This document shows positions 8,865 to 17,086 of a DNA stretch of 64,000 nucleotides, in pieces. Origin of the DNA: Mycobacteriales bacterium. GTDB lineage: Bacteria; Actinomycetota; Actinomycetes; BP-191. The DNA is taken from positions 9-64,008 of the forward strand of contig DATLOQ010000119.1 of NCBI GenBank assembly GCA_035536235.1, read 5' to 3'. Numbering within the stretch: the first letter of the stretch is position 1; each line of letters opens with the position of its first letter. The notes under the pieces were generated by a model. It searched no databases. It was not told the origin of the DNA and worked only from the letters and a program-made list of their open reading frames with translations. The position numbers and the translations under genes are program-made.

Positions 8865-9713
8865 TCACCCGGCGCCGCCGCTGCCGGCGATCAGGACCAC
8901 GCCGGTGAGTGCGGCGACCACCCCCGCGACCTGTGACCGCCGCATCCGCTCGGCGAGCAGCCGACGCGCCAGCAACGCCGTGACGACGGGGTAGAGCGAG
9001 GCCAGCACCGCGACCACAGCCAGGTCGGCAGCCCCGCTGGCAGCCACGGCGTAAAGGCCGACCGCCCCGAGGTCGCACCCGCCGGCCAGTACGAGCGTCG
9101 GCACATCGGCGCGGCGGACGGTGAGGGGAGTACGACGCAGCGCGACCGTCGCAATGGTGAGGACCGCCCCGGTGGCCCGCATGACGGCGAGGACCGCCAG
9201 CGTGCTGCTGCCCTCGCCCGAAGTGGCCCGGTCGACGAGCACCAGCACGGAGCCGAAGCCCAGCGCGGCCAGGAACGCCAACCCGAACGCCGCACGGCTA
9301 GCGCCGCCATGGCGCAGGTCGAGACCGGAGGCCAGAACCACACCGGAAGCAGCGAGCAGGATCCCACCCGTGGCGAGCGCGCCCGGCCGGTCGCCCTGCG
9401 CCCAGGACACCACCACAGGCACGGCGACGCCGGTGGCGGCGATGGGCGCGACCACCCCCATCGTGCCCACCGCCAGCGCCTGGTAGAAGGCGCTGAGCGC
9501 GACGGCAATGGCTGCCCCCGCGCCGGCCGCGAGCAGCAGGTAGGGGCCGAACGGGGCGTCCCGGCGGAGCAGCAGCAGGCTGCCCGCCAGCACCAGTCCG
9601 ACCACCTGGACCACCGCCACGACGAGCAGCGCGGGGCAGCGGCGGCTGAGCACACCGCCGATGTAGTCGGCGGTCCCCCACAGCAGGCTGGAGACGAGGG
9701 CGAGGAGAGCCAC
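8865..9713 (-). CDS. EamA/DMT-family permease
   Basis: C-terminal ~282 aa of ORF 8865..10283 (VALLALVSSLLWGTADYIGGVLSRR...). Polytopic, EamA-like. The first in-frame canonical start after the antisense-looking N-terminus is GTG 9713. Start uncertain. Confidence 0.65.
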   Translation of the reverse strand: MALLALVSSLLWGTADYIGGVLSRRCPALLVVAVVQVVGLVLAGSLLLLRRDAPFGPYLLLAAGAGAAIAVALSAFYQALAVGTMGVVAPIAATGVAVPVVVSWAQGDRPGALATGGILLAASGVVLASGLDLRHGGASRAAFGLAFLAALGFGSVLVLVDRATSGEGSSTLAVLAVMRATGAVLTIATVALRRTPLTVRRADVPTLVLAGGCDLGAVGLYAVAASGAADLAVVAVLASLYPVVTALLARRLLAERMRRSQVAGVVAALTGVVLIAGSGGAG

Positions 9714-9803
9714 GACGATGACCCTACGGGCGACACGCCCGGCGCCAACGGGACGGCCCGGGGTTACCAGTCGCTGCGGCGGGTCCCACCTAGTGTGACG
9801 GCC

Positions 9804-10379
9804 ATGACGGTGGAGCCGGACGAGGCACCCGAGGCGTTCCGGTCGGCGGTGGCCGACCTGCGCGCGACGGAGGTCGACGTGGCCGTCACCATTCGGGAGA
9901 TCCCTGCGCCGGGCCGCCTGGCGCCGTACTCCTTCGCCCTCGCCGCCGAGGTGCTGCACGGAGACGACGAGCTGGCCGGCGGGCGCTTCGTCCTGTTGCA
10001 CGACCCAGCCGGCCAGGACGCCTGGGAGGGCACCTCGCGCATCGTCGCCTTCCTGTCCGCTGAGGTCGAGGAGGACATCGGCAACGACCCGCTGCTCCCC
10101 GAGGTCGGCTGGGCCTGGCTGCTCGACGCGCTGGCCGGGCACGACGCAGGCCACGTCGCCGCGGGCGGCACCGTCACGCGGACCTCGTCGTCGCGGTTCG
10201 GCATGATGGCCGGCGAGGACGACGGCTGCGACGTCGAGCTGCGCTGCTCGTGGACGCCGACCGGACCCTCGCTGGGGGCTCACCTGGCGGCCTTCTGCGA
10301 CGTGCTCTGCTCCATGGCTGGGCTGCCGCCGGCTTCGGCCGGCGTGGCGCGCCTGCCGCTGGGCCGCAGCAGGTCCTAG
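9804..10379 (+). CDS. DUF3000-family protein (Rv2680-like)
   Basis: ORF 9309..10379, trimmed to ATG 9804 (MTVEPDEAPEAFRSAVADLRA...IPAPGRLAPYSFALAAEV...GRFVLLHDPAGQDAWEG). This family usually sits beside RNase D and hemE in Actinomycetota. Confidence 0.7.
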   Translation: MTVEPDEAPEAFRSAVADLRATEVDVAVTIREIPAPGRLAPYSFALAAEVLHGDDELAGGRFVLLHDPAGQDAWEGTSRIVAFLSAEVEEDIGNDPLLPEVGWAWLLDALAGHDAGHVAAGGTVTRTSSSRFGMMAGEDDGCDVELRCSWTPTGPSLGAHLAAFCDVLCSMAGLPPASAGVARLPLGRSRS

Positions 10380-10385
10380 CGCCGG

Positions 10386-11501
10386 TCAGCCACCGGTGAG
10401 GGCCTCTTCCGCACGGGCCTCCTTGGTGACAGCGTCAGTGCCGGAGCTCGGTACGCCGACCGCGGGTCGGCCGCCCGTGGGGACGTGCGGGAGCCTCAGC
10501 TGGAGAACCGTGCCGGCGGCCGGCATCGAGGACACCTCCAGCGTGCCGCCAGCCAGGCGAGCCCGCTCCCGAAGCAGCCCCAGCCCGACATGGCGACCCT
10601 TCTGCGGTCGCACCAGCGCCAGGTCGAAGCCGGGACCGGCATCGAGGACGGTCGCCACGATGCCGGTCTCGTCGACGACGAGCTGGGCCTCCGCCCACTC
10701 CACGTCGGCATGCTTGACGACGTTGAGCAGCGCCTCCTGGAAGAACCGGTAGATCGTCACCGCGGTCGCCAGCGGGAGCGGGTGGGCGACGTCCGGCCAC
10801 GCCAGATCGACGCTGAGCCCGTAGCGCTGCTGCAGCTCGTCACGGAGGTCGGCGACCGCGCCGGCCAGGTCACCTTCGCGCAGGGCCGGGGGTCGCGTGC
10901 GCGCCATGACCGCACGCACCTGCTCCTCCGCGTCGTCGGCGTAGTCCGCTGCGCGCCGCACGCTCTCCGGATCCCCGTCGGAGAGGGAGGAGCGCGTGAG
11001 GGCCAGCGACTGCGCGACGGTGTCGTGCAGCTCGGCGGCCAGCTGACCGCGGGCGCCCTCCTCGGCCGCCACCAGCCCGGAGAGCAGCTCGAACATCCCG
11101 GCCGACGCCGTTTCCGCCGTACGTCGGTGCCGTTCGCCCACCTCGTCCGCCACCCGCGCCCGCAGCGCCAGCGCCTCGAAGGTGCGGGCGAGGTCGTCGA
11201 TCTCGGCACAGAACATCGAGCCGGTCGAGCGCACCCCGCTGTCGGGTTCGGCGCTGCGTTGGACAGCGATCGACCTCAGCGAGCGCAGGCGGGAGACCAG
11301 GCGCCTGGCCAGCACGGCGGCCAGGGCAGCGGCGATGACGGACACCGCGGCCCCTGCCATGAGTCCCCGCGCCAGCGAGCTCCACGGGGCCACTCCGGAG
11401 ATGACGAAGGTCAGCGCCGTCGCGGTGCCGACCGCGAGGCTGCACAGGAGCACCACCGATGCCGCGAGCACACCCAGTGGCAGCCTTGGGCCACGGCTCA
11501 T
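10386..11501 (-). CDS. Sensor histidine kinase, HisKA_3 (NarL-partner) type
   Basis: Two N-terminal TM helices. H-box AAELHDTVAQSL, N-box FQEALLNVVKHA, G-boxes LDAGPGF and GLGLLRERARLAGG. ATG 11501 overlaps the upstream stop as ATGA (11498..11501). Confidence 0.8.
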   Translation of the reverse strand: MSRGPRLPLGVLAASVVLLCSLAVGTATALTFVISGVAPWSSLARGLMAGAAVSVIAAALAAVLARRLVSRLRSLRSIAVQRSAEPDSGVRSTGSMFCAEIDDLARTFEALALRARVADEVGERHRRTAETASAGMFELLSGLVAAEEGARGQLAAELHDTVAQSLALTRSSLSDGDPESVRRAADYADDAEEQVRAVMARTRPPALREGDLAGAVADLRDELQQRYGLSVDLAWPDVAHPLPLATAVTIYRFFQEALLNVVKHADVEWAEAQLVVDETGIVATVLDAGPGFDLALVRPQKGRHVGLGLLRERARLAGGTLEVSSMPAAGTVLQLRLPHVPTGGRPAVGVPSSGTDAVTKEARAEEALTGG

Positions 11502-12952
11502 GCCTGGTCCGCAAGGACACCGGTGGTCGTCCACTCCGTCGCGGCGCGGCCATGAGTCGGAGCGGTCGTGGGCTCCTTGGCTGCGGTCTCGGTCGCCACG
11601 GCTGCGCCGAGGCCGGGCTCAGCGGCGAGCACGATCGCCCCGAGCAGCGACGCCACGGCACGCTCCACGGCGTGCAGCTCGTCGACGATGTTGGTGACGT
11701 CGTGCGGACCGGTGGGAGAGGTGGCCAGCCGCGCCAGCCGGCCCGCCGACTCACGGAGGACGGTGAGGCTCGGCACGGTATGCGCACCGAGGTCCCCGAG
11801 GGCGCGCGCGGCCTCGTCGGCCGCGTCGGCGCGATCCAGGGCTGCGTCGCGAGAAGCGGTGAGGTCCGCGACGGACAGCCACGCCTCGGCCTGGCCGACG
11901 AGCACGTGCGCCAACGTGACCTCACGCCGGCCGAACCCGGCGGCGCCCCTCGGGCGCTGCGCATGCAGAACAGCCAGCGGGCTGTTGCTGTCGCCGAGCA
12001 CGGCGGAGCAGTACGGCCGGCCCTCGCTCATGCCGGTCGACACGCCGCGGTGCTCGACCGCGCGCACGGCCCACGGCTCGTTCAGCGCCGAAGAAGGGAC
12101 GCGGGCCCGCGACTTCACGCCGTACTCGTCTCCGGCGTAGCGCACCGGGCCGTCCGCGCCCATGAGGAGCAGCTCGACGTCCGCGCCGCCGAAGAGACGC
12201 GCCGCTGCCGTCAGCACCACCCGAGCAGAGGTGTCGACGCTCTGCCCGGTCGCCCGCTCCTGGCCTCTCGCCAGCTCGGTGAAGAGCCGGACCTCCGCGG
12301 CCCGCTGCGTCTGCTGGTCGTAGGAGAACCACAGCAGGAACATCGGGGCCAGCAAGCCGGACAGCCCGAGCGGAGCGTGGAGGACGAGCCAGCCGCCGAG
12401 GATGCCGACCGACGTGTTGCCCGCAGTGTGCAGCGCCGACATCGGCGCGGAGTCCCAGAGCAGCTCCGCCACACGACGGTGCGAGCTCGCTGCTATCGCG
12501 GCCGCGACAAGGAGGTGGTTCAGCAGCCAGAAGACGCCCATGCCGGCCGCGGCACCGATGATCCCCTCGCCGTTCCACACTGCCATCGCCACCGCCGCAC
12601 CGGTGGCGCAGGCGAACTGGGCGAGGTTGAAGGCGACTTTCAGCCGGGGCTGCCGGCGGGTCACCTGCGCCACGAGCACCCCGAGGAGGACCGCCAGGAC
12701 GATCCAGGAGCCTGGAGCGAAGACCAAGGACGCGCCGATCGCCCCATCTGTGCACGAGAAGGAGTAACGCTGGCGACCGAAGGTCAGGTGGACGACGGCT
12801 AGCTCACTGCCAGCGATCACCAGGCCCAGAACCGGAACTGCCCACCAGGCTGGCCGACCCCAATCGGTGACGGCCACGGTTAGCGCTGCCCCCACGAAGG
12901 CGAGCCAGCCGAGTGCGGTCACGCCCTGGGGCGGCGACATCCGGGCGATCAT
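11498..12952 (-). CDS. Polytopic membrane protein with a cytoplasmic GAF-like domain and a helical C-terminus; translationally coupled to the kinase
   Basis: 484 aa, 8-10 hydrophobic helices. This is followed by a GAF-like block (VLTAAARLFGGADVELLLMGADGPVRYAGDE...VLGDSNSPLAVLHAQRP) and Ala/Leu-rich helices. Family call from memory only. Confidence 0.55.
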   Translation of the reverse strand: MIARMSPPQGVTALGWLAFVGAALTVAVTDWGRPAWWAVPVLGLVIAGSELAVVHLTFGRQRYSFSCTDGAIGASLVFAPGSWIVLAVLLGVLVAQVTRRQPRLKVAFNLAQFACATGAAVAMAVWNGEGIIGAAAGMGVFWLLNHLLVAAAIAASSHRRVAELLWDSAPMSALHTAGNTSVGILGGWLVLHAPLGLSGLLAPMFLLWFSYDQQTQRAAEVRLFTELARGQERATGQSVDTSARVVLTAAARLFGGADVELLLMGADGPVRYAGDEYGVKSRARVPSSALNEPWAVRAVEHRGVSTGMSEGRPYCSAVLGDSNSPLAVLHAQRPRGAAGFGRREVTLAHVLVGQAEAWLSVADLTASRDAALDRADAADEAARALGDLGAHTVPSLTVLRESAGRLARLATSPTGPHDVTNIVDELHAVERAVASLLGAIVLAAEPGLGAAVATETAAKEPTTAPTHGRAATEWTTTGVLADQA

Positions 12953-13297
12953 CCGACGTCACCGTCGCTGCTCGGCAACACGCTCCACGACCCCGCGCTC
13001 CAGGAGCCGGCCCTGATCGCGGCGGCGTAGTCGGAGGGGCGGCCGTAGTGGTGGGTGTTCACGGGCGACCCTTTCGGCGACATCGATGGCGGCACTGCTA
13101 CTCATCGGCACGCGGTCAAGCCGACTTTCGTGTCTGGCGGAACGACGTTGGGACGAATGTCTGCTGCCCGTTGCGCCGAATGGGTGAGAAGCAATCGCTA
13201 CAGGCGGCCCGGTGTTCCGCCGAAGCCATTTGCACACGCGAGGTTGGCATTGGGTCCGGCGCATTCGTCGTCTCCCCACGCCGAGGAGGAGGCATAC

Positions 13298-13966
13298 GTG
13301 ACGACCGCGACTGAGGCGCTCGGCAAGGTCGTGCAGACCGGCTTCACCGCAATGGTGGTCGACGATCATCCGCTCGTTCGCGAATCCATGGTGACCCGAC
13401 TGCGGGCCATGGGCGCCGTCGACGTCGTGGAGGCCGCCAGCATCGCCGAAGCTCGTGCGCGGGCCGGCACTGGTGTCCGTGATGTCTGCGTACTCGACCT
13501 CGGTCTCCCTGACGGCTCGGGCCTCGAGCTGCTCGCCGACCTGCGGTTGGCCGGCTGGACTCGGCTCATCGTGCTGTCCGCGGCCGACGACCCGTACTCG
13601 GTTCGATCAGCGTTCGTCGCAGGTGCGCAGGGCTACCTGCTCAAGTCTGCGTCGCCGCACGTCGTTGCCGACGGCGTACGCCGAGTGCTGGACGGCGGGG
13701 TCTACGCCGACCCCTCGGTTGCCTCTCTGCTCGCCCAGGGTCTCCGCTCCGGCACCTCCAGTGATGGCGTCGGGGAGCTCTCCGGACGCGAGATCGAAGT
13801 TCTGCAGCTCGTGGCAGACGGCCGGTCCAACAAGCAGGTCGGCGAGCTGCTCGGCCTCTCCGCACTGACGGTGAAGAGCCACTTGGCCCGCATCGCGCGC
13901 AAGCTCGGCACCGGCGACCGTGCCGAGATGGTCGCACTTGCCATGCGAGCAGGCGTCATCCGCTAG
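13298..13966 (+). CDS. NarL/LuxR-family response regulator
   Basis: GTG 13298 is preceded by GAGGAGGAGG. Receiver domain MVVDDHPLVRE...VCVLDLGLPDGSG. LuxR HTH LSGREIEVLQLVADGRSNKQVGELLGLSALTVKSHLARI. Confidence 0.85.
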   Translation: MTTATEALGKVVQTGFTAMVVDDHPLVRESMVTRLRAMGAVDVVEAASIAEARARAGTGVRDVCVLDLGLPDGSGLELLADLRLAGWTRLIVLSAADDPYSVRSAFVAGAQGYLLKSASPHVVADGVRRVLDGGVYADPSVASLLAQGLRSGTSSDGVGELSGREIEVLQLVADGRSNKQVGELLGLSALTVKSHLARIARKLGTGDRAEMVALAMRAGVIR

Positions 13967-14014
13967 GGCAACAATCCGCCCGGAGACGCCTCCGCCGTAC
14001 TACGGTCAGCAGAA

Positions 14015-15280
14015 ATGACCGCTATCGAGGGCCGGACGCAACCGGTCGACGAAGCTCCGGAGCAGTCGCCTGACCCGCCGCCGCAGGTGTACCCGCTGCT
14101 CGAGCTCGCCGACGGGATCCCACCCGTCGTCTCCTCGGAACGCGGCCTGAAGCAGGCGGTCGCCATCCTCGCCGCTGGCACCGGGCCGGTGGCGATCGAC
14201 GCCGAGCGGGCGTCGGGCTACCGCTACGGACAGCGCTGCTATCTCGTCCAGCTGCGCCGGTACGGCTCCGGGTCAGTGCTCATCGACCCGATCGGCTGTC
14301 CGGACCTGTCCTCCCTCGATGCCGTCCTGGCTGACGTCGAGTGGGTGCTGCACGCGGCCAGTCAGGACCTGCCCTGCCTGGCCGAGATCGGGCTGCGCCC
14401 GCAGCTGCTCTTCGACACCGAGCTGGCCGCTCGGCTAGCGGGCCATGAGCGGGTGGGCCTCGCCACGATGGTCGAGAAGGTGCTCGGCAGGCGTCTCGAC
14501 AAGGGCAGCTCATCTGCGGACTGGTCGCAGCGCCCGCTCACCCCGGCCATGCTGCGCTACGCGGCACTCGATGTAGAGCCACTGGTGGAGCTTCGCGACC
14601 ACCTTGAGGAGGAGCTCGAGCAGCAGGGCAAGCTGTCGTGGGCGCTGGAGGAGTTCGCTGCGGTGGCCGCAGCACCGACAGCCCCCCCTCGGGTCGAGCC
14701 GTGGCGGCGTACGTCGGGGCTGCACCGGATCCGACAGGCCCGCCAGCTCGCCGGCGTGCGCGCGATGTGGGAGCTGCGCGACGACATCGCCCGGCGACGC
14801 GACATCGCGCCGGGCCGCATCCTCTCCGACGCGGCCATCGTCGACGCGGTCCTCAAAGCTCCCGCTTCGCCCGAAGAGCTGGCCACCGTTCCGCCGTTCA
14901 ACGGCAAGTCTCTCCGCCGGCAGGTGGGCATGTGGCACCGGGCGCTTGCTGAAGCAGCGGCACTGCCCGTCGATGCGCTTCCGCAAGCCCACGGCACGTC
15001 CGACGGTGGCCCACCCCCCGCACATCGCTGGCTGGAACGCGACCCCGTGGCTGCCGCCCGGTTGGCGCGGGTGCGGGGAGCCGTGGCCGCCATCGCGGCG
15101 CAGCACACCCTCCCGGTCGAGAACCTCGTCGAGCCGGCCGTCATCCGCCGGGTCGCCTGGAGTCCACCCGCGCCGCTCACGGTCGACGTCGTAGCGGCCA
15201 CCATGCACGAGCTCGGGGCGCGGACCTGGCAGATCGCCTTGACGGCCAAGGTCGTCGTCGAGGCACTTGCGGAGCCGTGA
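14015..15280 (+). CDS. rnd: Ribonuclease D (3'-5' exonuclease plus HRDC domain)
   Basis: 421 aa. DEDD exonuclease blocks VAIDAERASGYRY, LHAASQDLPCL, YAALDVEPLVEL. HRDC-like region VRAMWELRDDIARRRDIAPGRILSD. Confidence 0.8.
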   Translation: MTAIEGRTQPVDEAPEQSPDPPPQVYPLLELADGIPPVVSSERGLKQAVAILAAGTGPVAIDAERASGYRYGQRCYLVQLRRYGSGSVLIDPIGCPDLSSLDAVLADVEWVLHAASQDLPCLAEIGLRPQLLFDTELAARLAGHERVGLATMVEKVLGRRLDKGSSSADWSQRPLTPAMLRYAALDVEPLVELRDHLEEELEQQGKLSWALEEFAAVAAAPTAPPRVEPWRRTSGLHRIRQARQLAGVRAMWELRDDIARRRDIAPGRILSDAAIVDAVLKAPASPEELATVPPFNGKSLRRQVGMWHRALAEAAALPVDALPQAHGTSDGGPPPAHRWLERDPVAAARLARVRGAVAAIAAQHTLPVENLVEPAVIRRVAWSPPAPLTVDVVAATMHELGARTWQIALTAKVVVEALAEP

Positions 15281-15813
15281 CATCCGGCGGCCCCACTGCG
15301 AGCCCGGCCGACGACGTCATCATCGAGACCGCCCGGCTGCGCCTCGTCCCGATCGACTACGCGTTGGCCGCCCGAATTCTGGTCGGGGATCTCAGTGGCC
15401 TGGTCTGTGCCCCAGGGTGGCCGACGCCGGACACGCCTGACGCGCTCGGGGCATTCGTCGAGCACGGCGACTCCGCCGCCTTTGGCGGGTGGCTGATCTG
15501 CCGAGGCGACGACCAGACGATCATCGGTGACTGCGGTTGGCGCGGCGGTCCGGACCGTTCCGGCGACGTGGAGATCGGCTACGGCTTGGCCGCCTCCGCT
15601 CGCGGGCTGGGTCTCGGGACCGAGGCGATCGGCGGACTCGTGTCGTGGATCCGCACACAGCCCGGGGTACGCCGAGTTATCGCCGAGACGCTGGCGGACA
15701 ACGTGGCCTCGCGACGCCTCCTCGAGCGCCTCGGCTTCTCGTGGACATCCGACGTCCTCCCGCACGTCTGGTATGCCCTCCCCGTCACGGCTTTGGAAGT
15801 TACCCGTCAGTAG
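15277..15813 (+). CDS. GNAT-family N-acetyltransferase
   Basis: 178 aa. Acetyl-CoA-binding-like block ARGLGLGTEAIGGLVSW...AETLADNVASRRLLERLGF. GTG 15277 overlaps the rnd stop as GTGA. Confidence 0.7.
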   Translation: MTSGGPTASPADDVIIETARLRLVPIDYALAARILVGDLSGLVCAPGWPTPDTPDALGAFVEHGDSAAFGGWLICRGDDQTIIGDCGWRGGPDRSGDVEIGYGLAASARGLGLGTEAIGGLVSWIRTQPGVRRVIAETLADNVASRRLLERLGFSWTSDVLPHVWYALPVTALEVTRQ

Positions 15814-15856
15814 GTAGGCTGCAGCCCCTTCAGCCCGACTGCAGCAAGGAGCTTCC

Positions 15857-17086
15857 GTGGGTGGCGGCAGCAGCGCCCGGCAAGTGCGGAACGTCGTCTT
15901 CGTCGACGGGCTGCGCACGCCGTTCGGCATCGGCAAGGCGACGGGGATGTACGCCGGCACACGAGCCGACGACCTAGTGGTGCGGGTCATCCGGGAGCTG
16001 CTGCGCCGCAACCCGAACCTGCCACCCGAACGGGTGGATGACGTGGCGATCGCGGCGACCACCCAGATCGGCGACCAGGGCCTGACGATCGGCCGGATGG
16101 CCGCTCTGCTCGCCGGGCTCCCCCAGTCCGTCCCTGGCTACGCCATCGACCGGATGTGCGCCGGCGCCATGACGGCGGTGACGACCTCGGCCAGCGGGAT
16201 CGGCATCGGCATGCAGGACGTCGTCATCGCTGGCGGAGTCGAGCACATGGGCCGCCATCCCATGGGCGAGGGCGTCGACCCCAACCCGCGCATCGTGAGC
16301 GAGCGCCTCGTCGACACCTCCGCCCTGGTCATGGGGGCGACCGCTGAGAACCTGCACGACCGGCTGCCCGACGTGACGCGTGAGCGGTGTGACGCGTTCG
16401 CCCTCGCGTCTCAGCACAAGGCCGCCGCCGCCATCGAAGCCGGCGTGATCGCTGAAGACCTGGCGCCGATGGCCACGTGGAGCGCGGCCGGCTGGGGTCT
16501 TGCGACAGCCGACGAGCCGCCACGCCCGGATACGACGCTGGCGGGACTCGCTGCCCTGCGCACGCCGTTCCGCGCCCATGGCCGGGTGACGGCGGGCAAC
16601 GCCGCCGGGATCAACGACGGTGCCACCGGCTGCATCCTCGCGGCCGAGGAGGTGGCCGCGGAGCTGGGCCTCACGGCGAAGATGCGGCTGGTCGGCTTCG
16701 GCTTCGCCGGGGTGGAGCCGGAGGTCATGGGAGTCGGGCCGATCCCCTCGACGGAGAAGGCCCTGGCCCGCTGCGGCCTGCAGATCTCCGACATCGGCGC
16801 GTTCGAGCTCAACGAGGCGTTCGCCGTGCAGGTGCTGGCCTTCTTCGACCACTTCGGGATTCCGGACGACGACAGGCGGGTCAACCCCTACGGCGGTGCC
16901 ATCGCCTTCGGCCACCCGCTCGCGTCCTCCGGCGTGCGGCTCATGACACAGCTCGCTCGCACCTTCGCTGCAGACCCGACCGTGCGCTACGGCATCACCG
17001 CGATGTGCGTCGGCATCGGCATGGGCGGCACGGTCATCTGGGAGAACACCCTGTGGAACGGGTCTGAGGGAGAGGCGACGTCGTGA
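15857..17086 (+). CDS. fadA: Acetyl-CoA C-acyltransferase (thiolase)
   Basis: 409 aa. IDRMCAGAMTAV (active-site Cys region), NEAFAVQ, GGAIAFGHPLASSG, AMCVGIGMG. AAGGAG lies 7 nt before GTG 15857. Confidence 0.85.
   Translation: MGGGSSARQVRNVVFVDGLRTPFGIGKATGMYAGTRADDLVVRVIRELLRRNPNLPPERVDDVAIAATTQIGDQGLTIGRMAALLAGLPQSVPGYAIDRMCAGAMTAVTTSASGIGIGMQDVVIAGGVEHMGRHPMGEGVDPNPRIVSERLVDTSALVMGATAENLHDRLPDVTRERCDAFALASQHKAAAAIEAGVIAEDLAPMATWSAAGWGLATADEPPRPDTTLAGLAALRTPFRAHGRVTAGNAAGINDGATGCILAAEEVAAELGLTAKMRLVGFGFAGVEPEVMGVGPIPSTEKALARCGLQISDIGAFELNEAFAVQVLAFFDHFGIPDDDRRVNPYGGAIAFGHPLASSGVRLMTQLARTFAADPTVRYGITAMCVGIGMGGTVIWENTLWNGSEGEATS

Noticed and set aside
8865-10283. Full 472-aa ORF for the DMT permease
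   Set aside because: The first ~190 residues are antisense to the DUF3000 gene and are non-membrane and Arg-rich. The permease-like sequence begins near GTG 9713.
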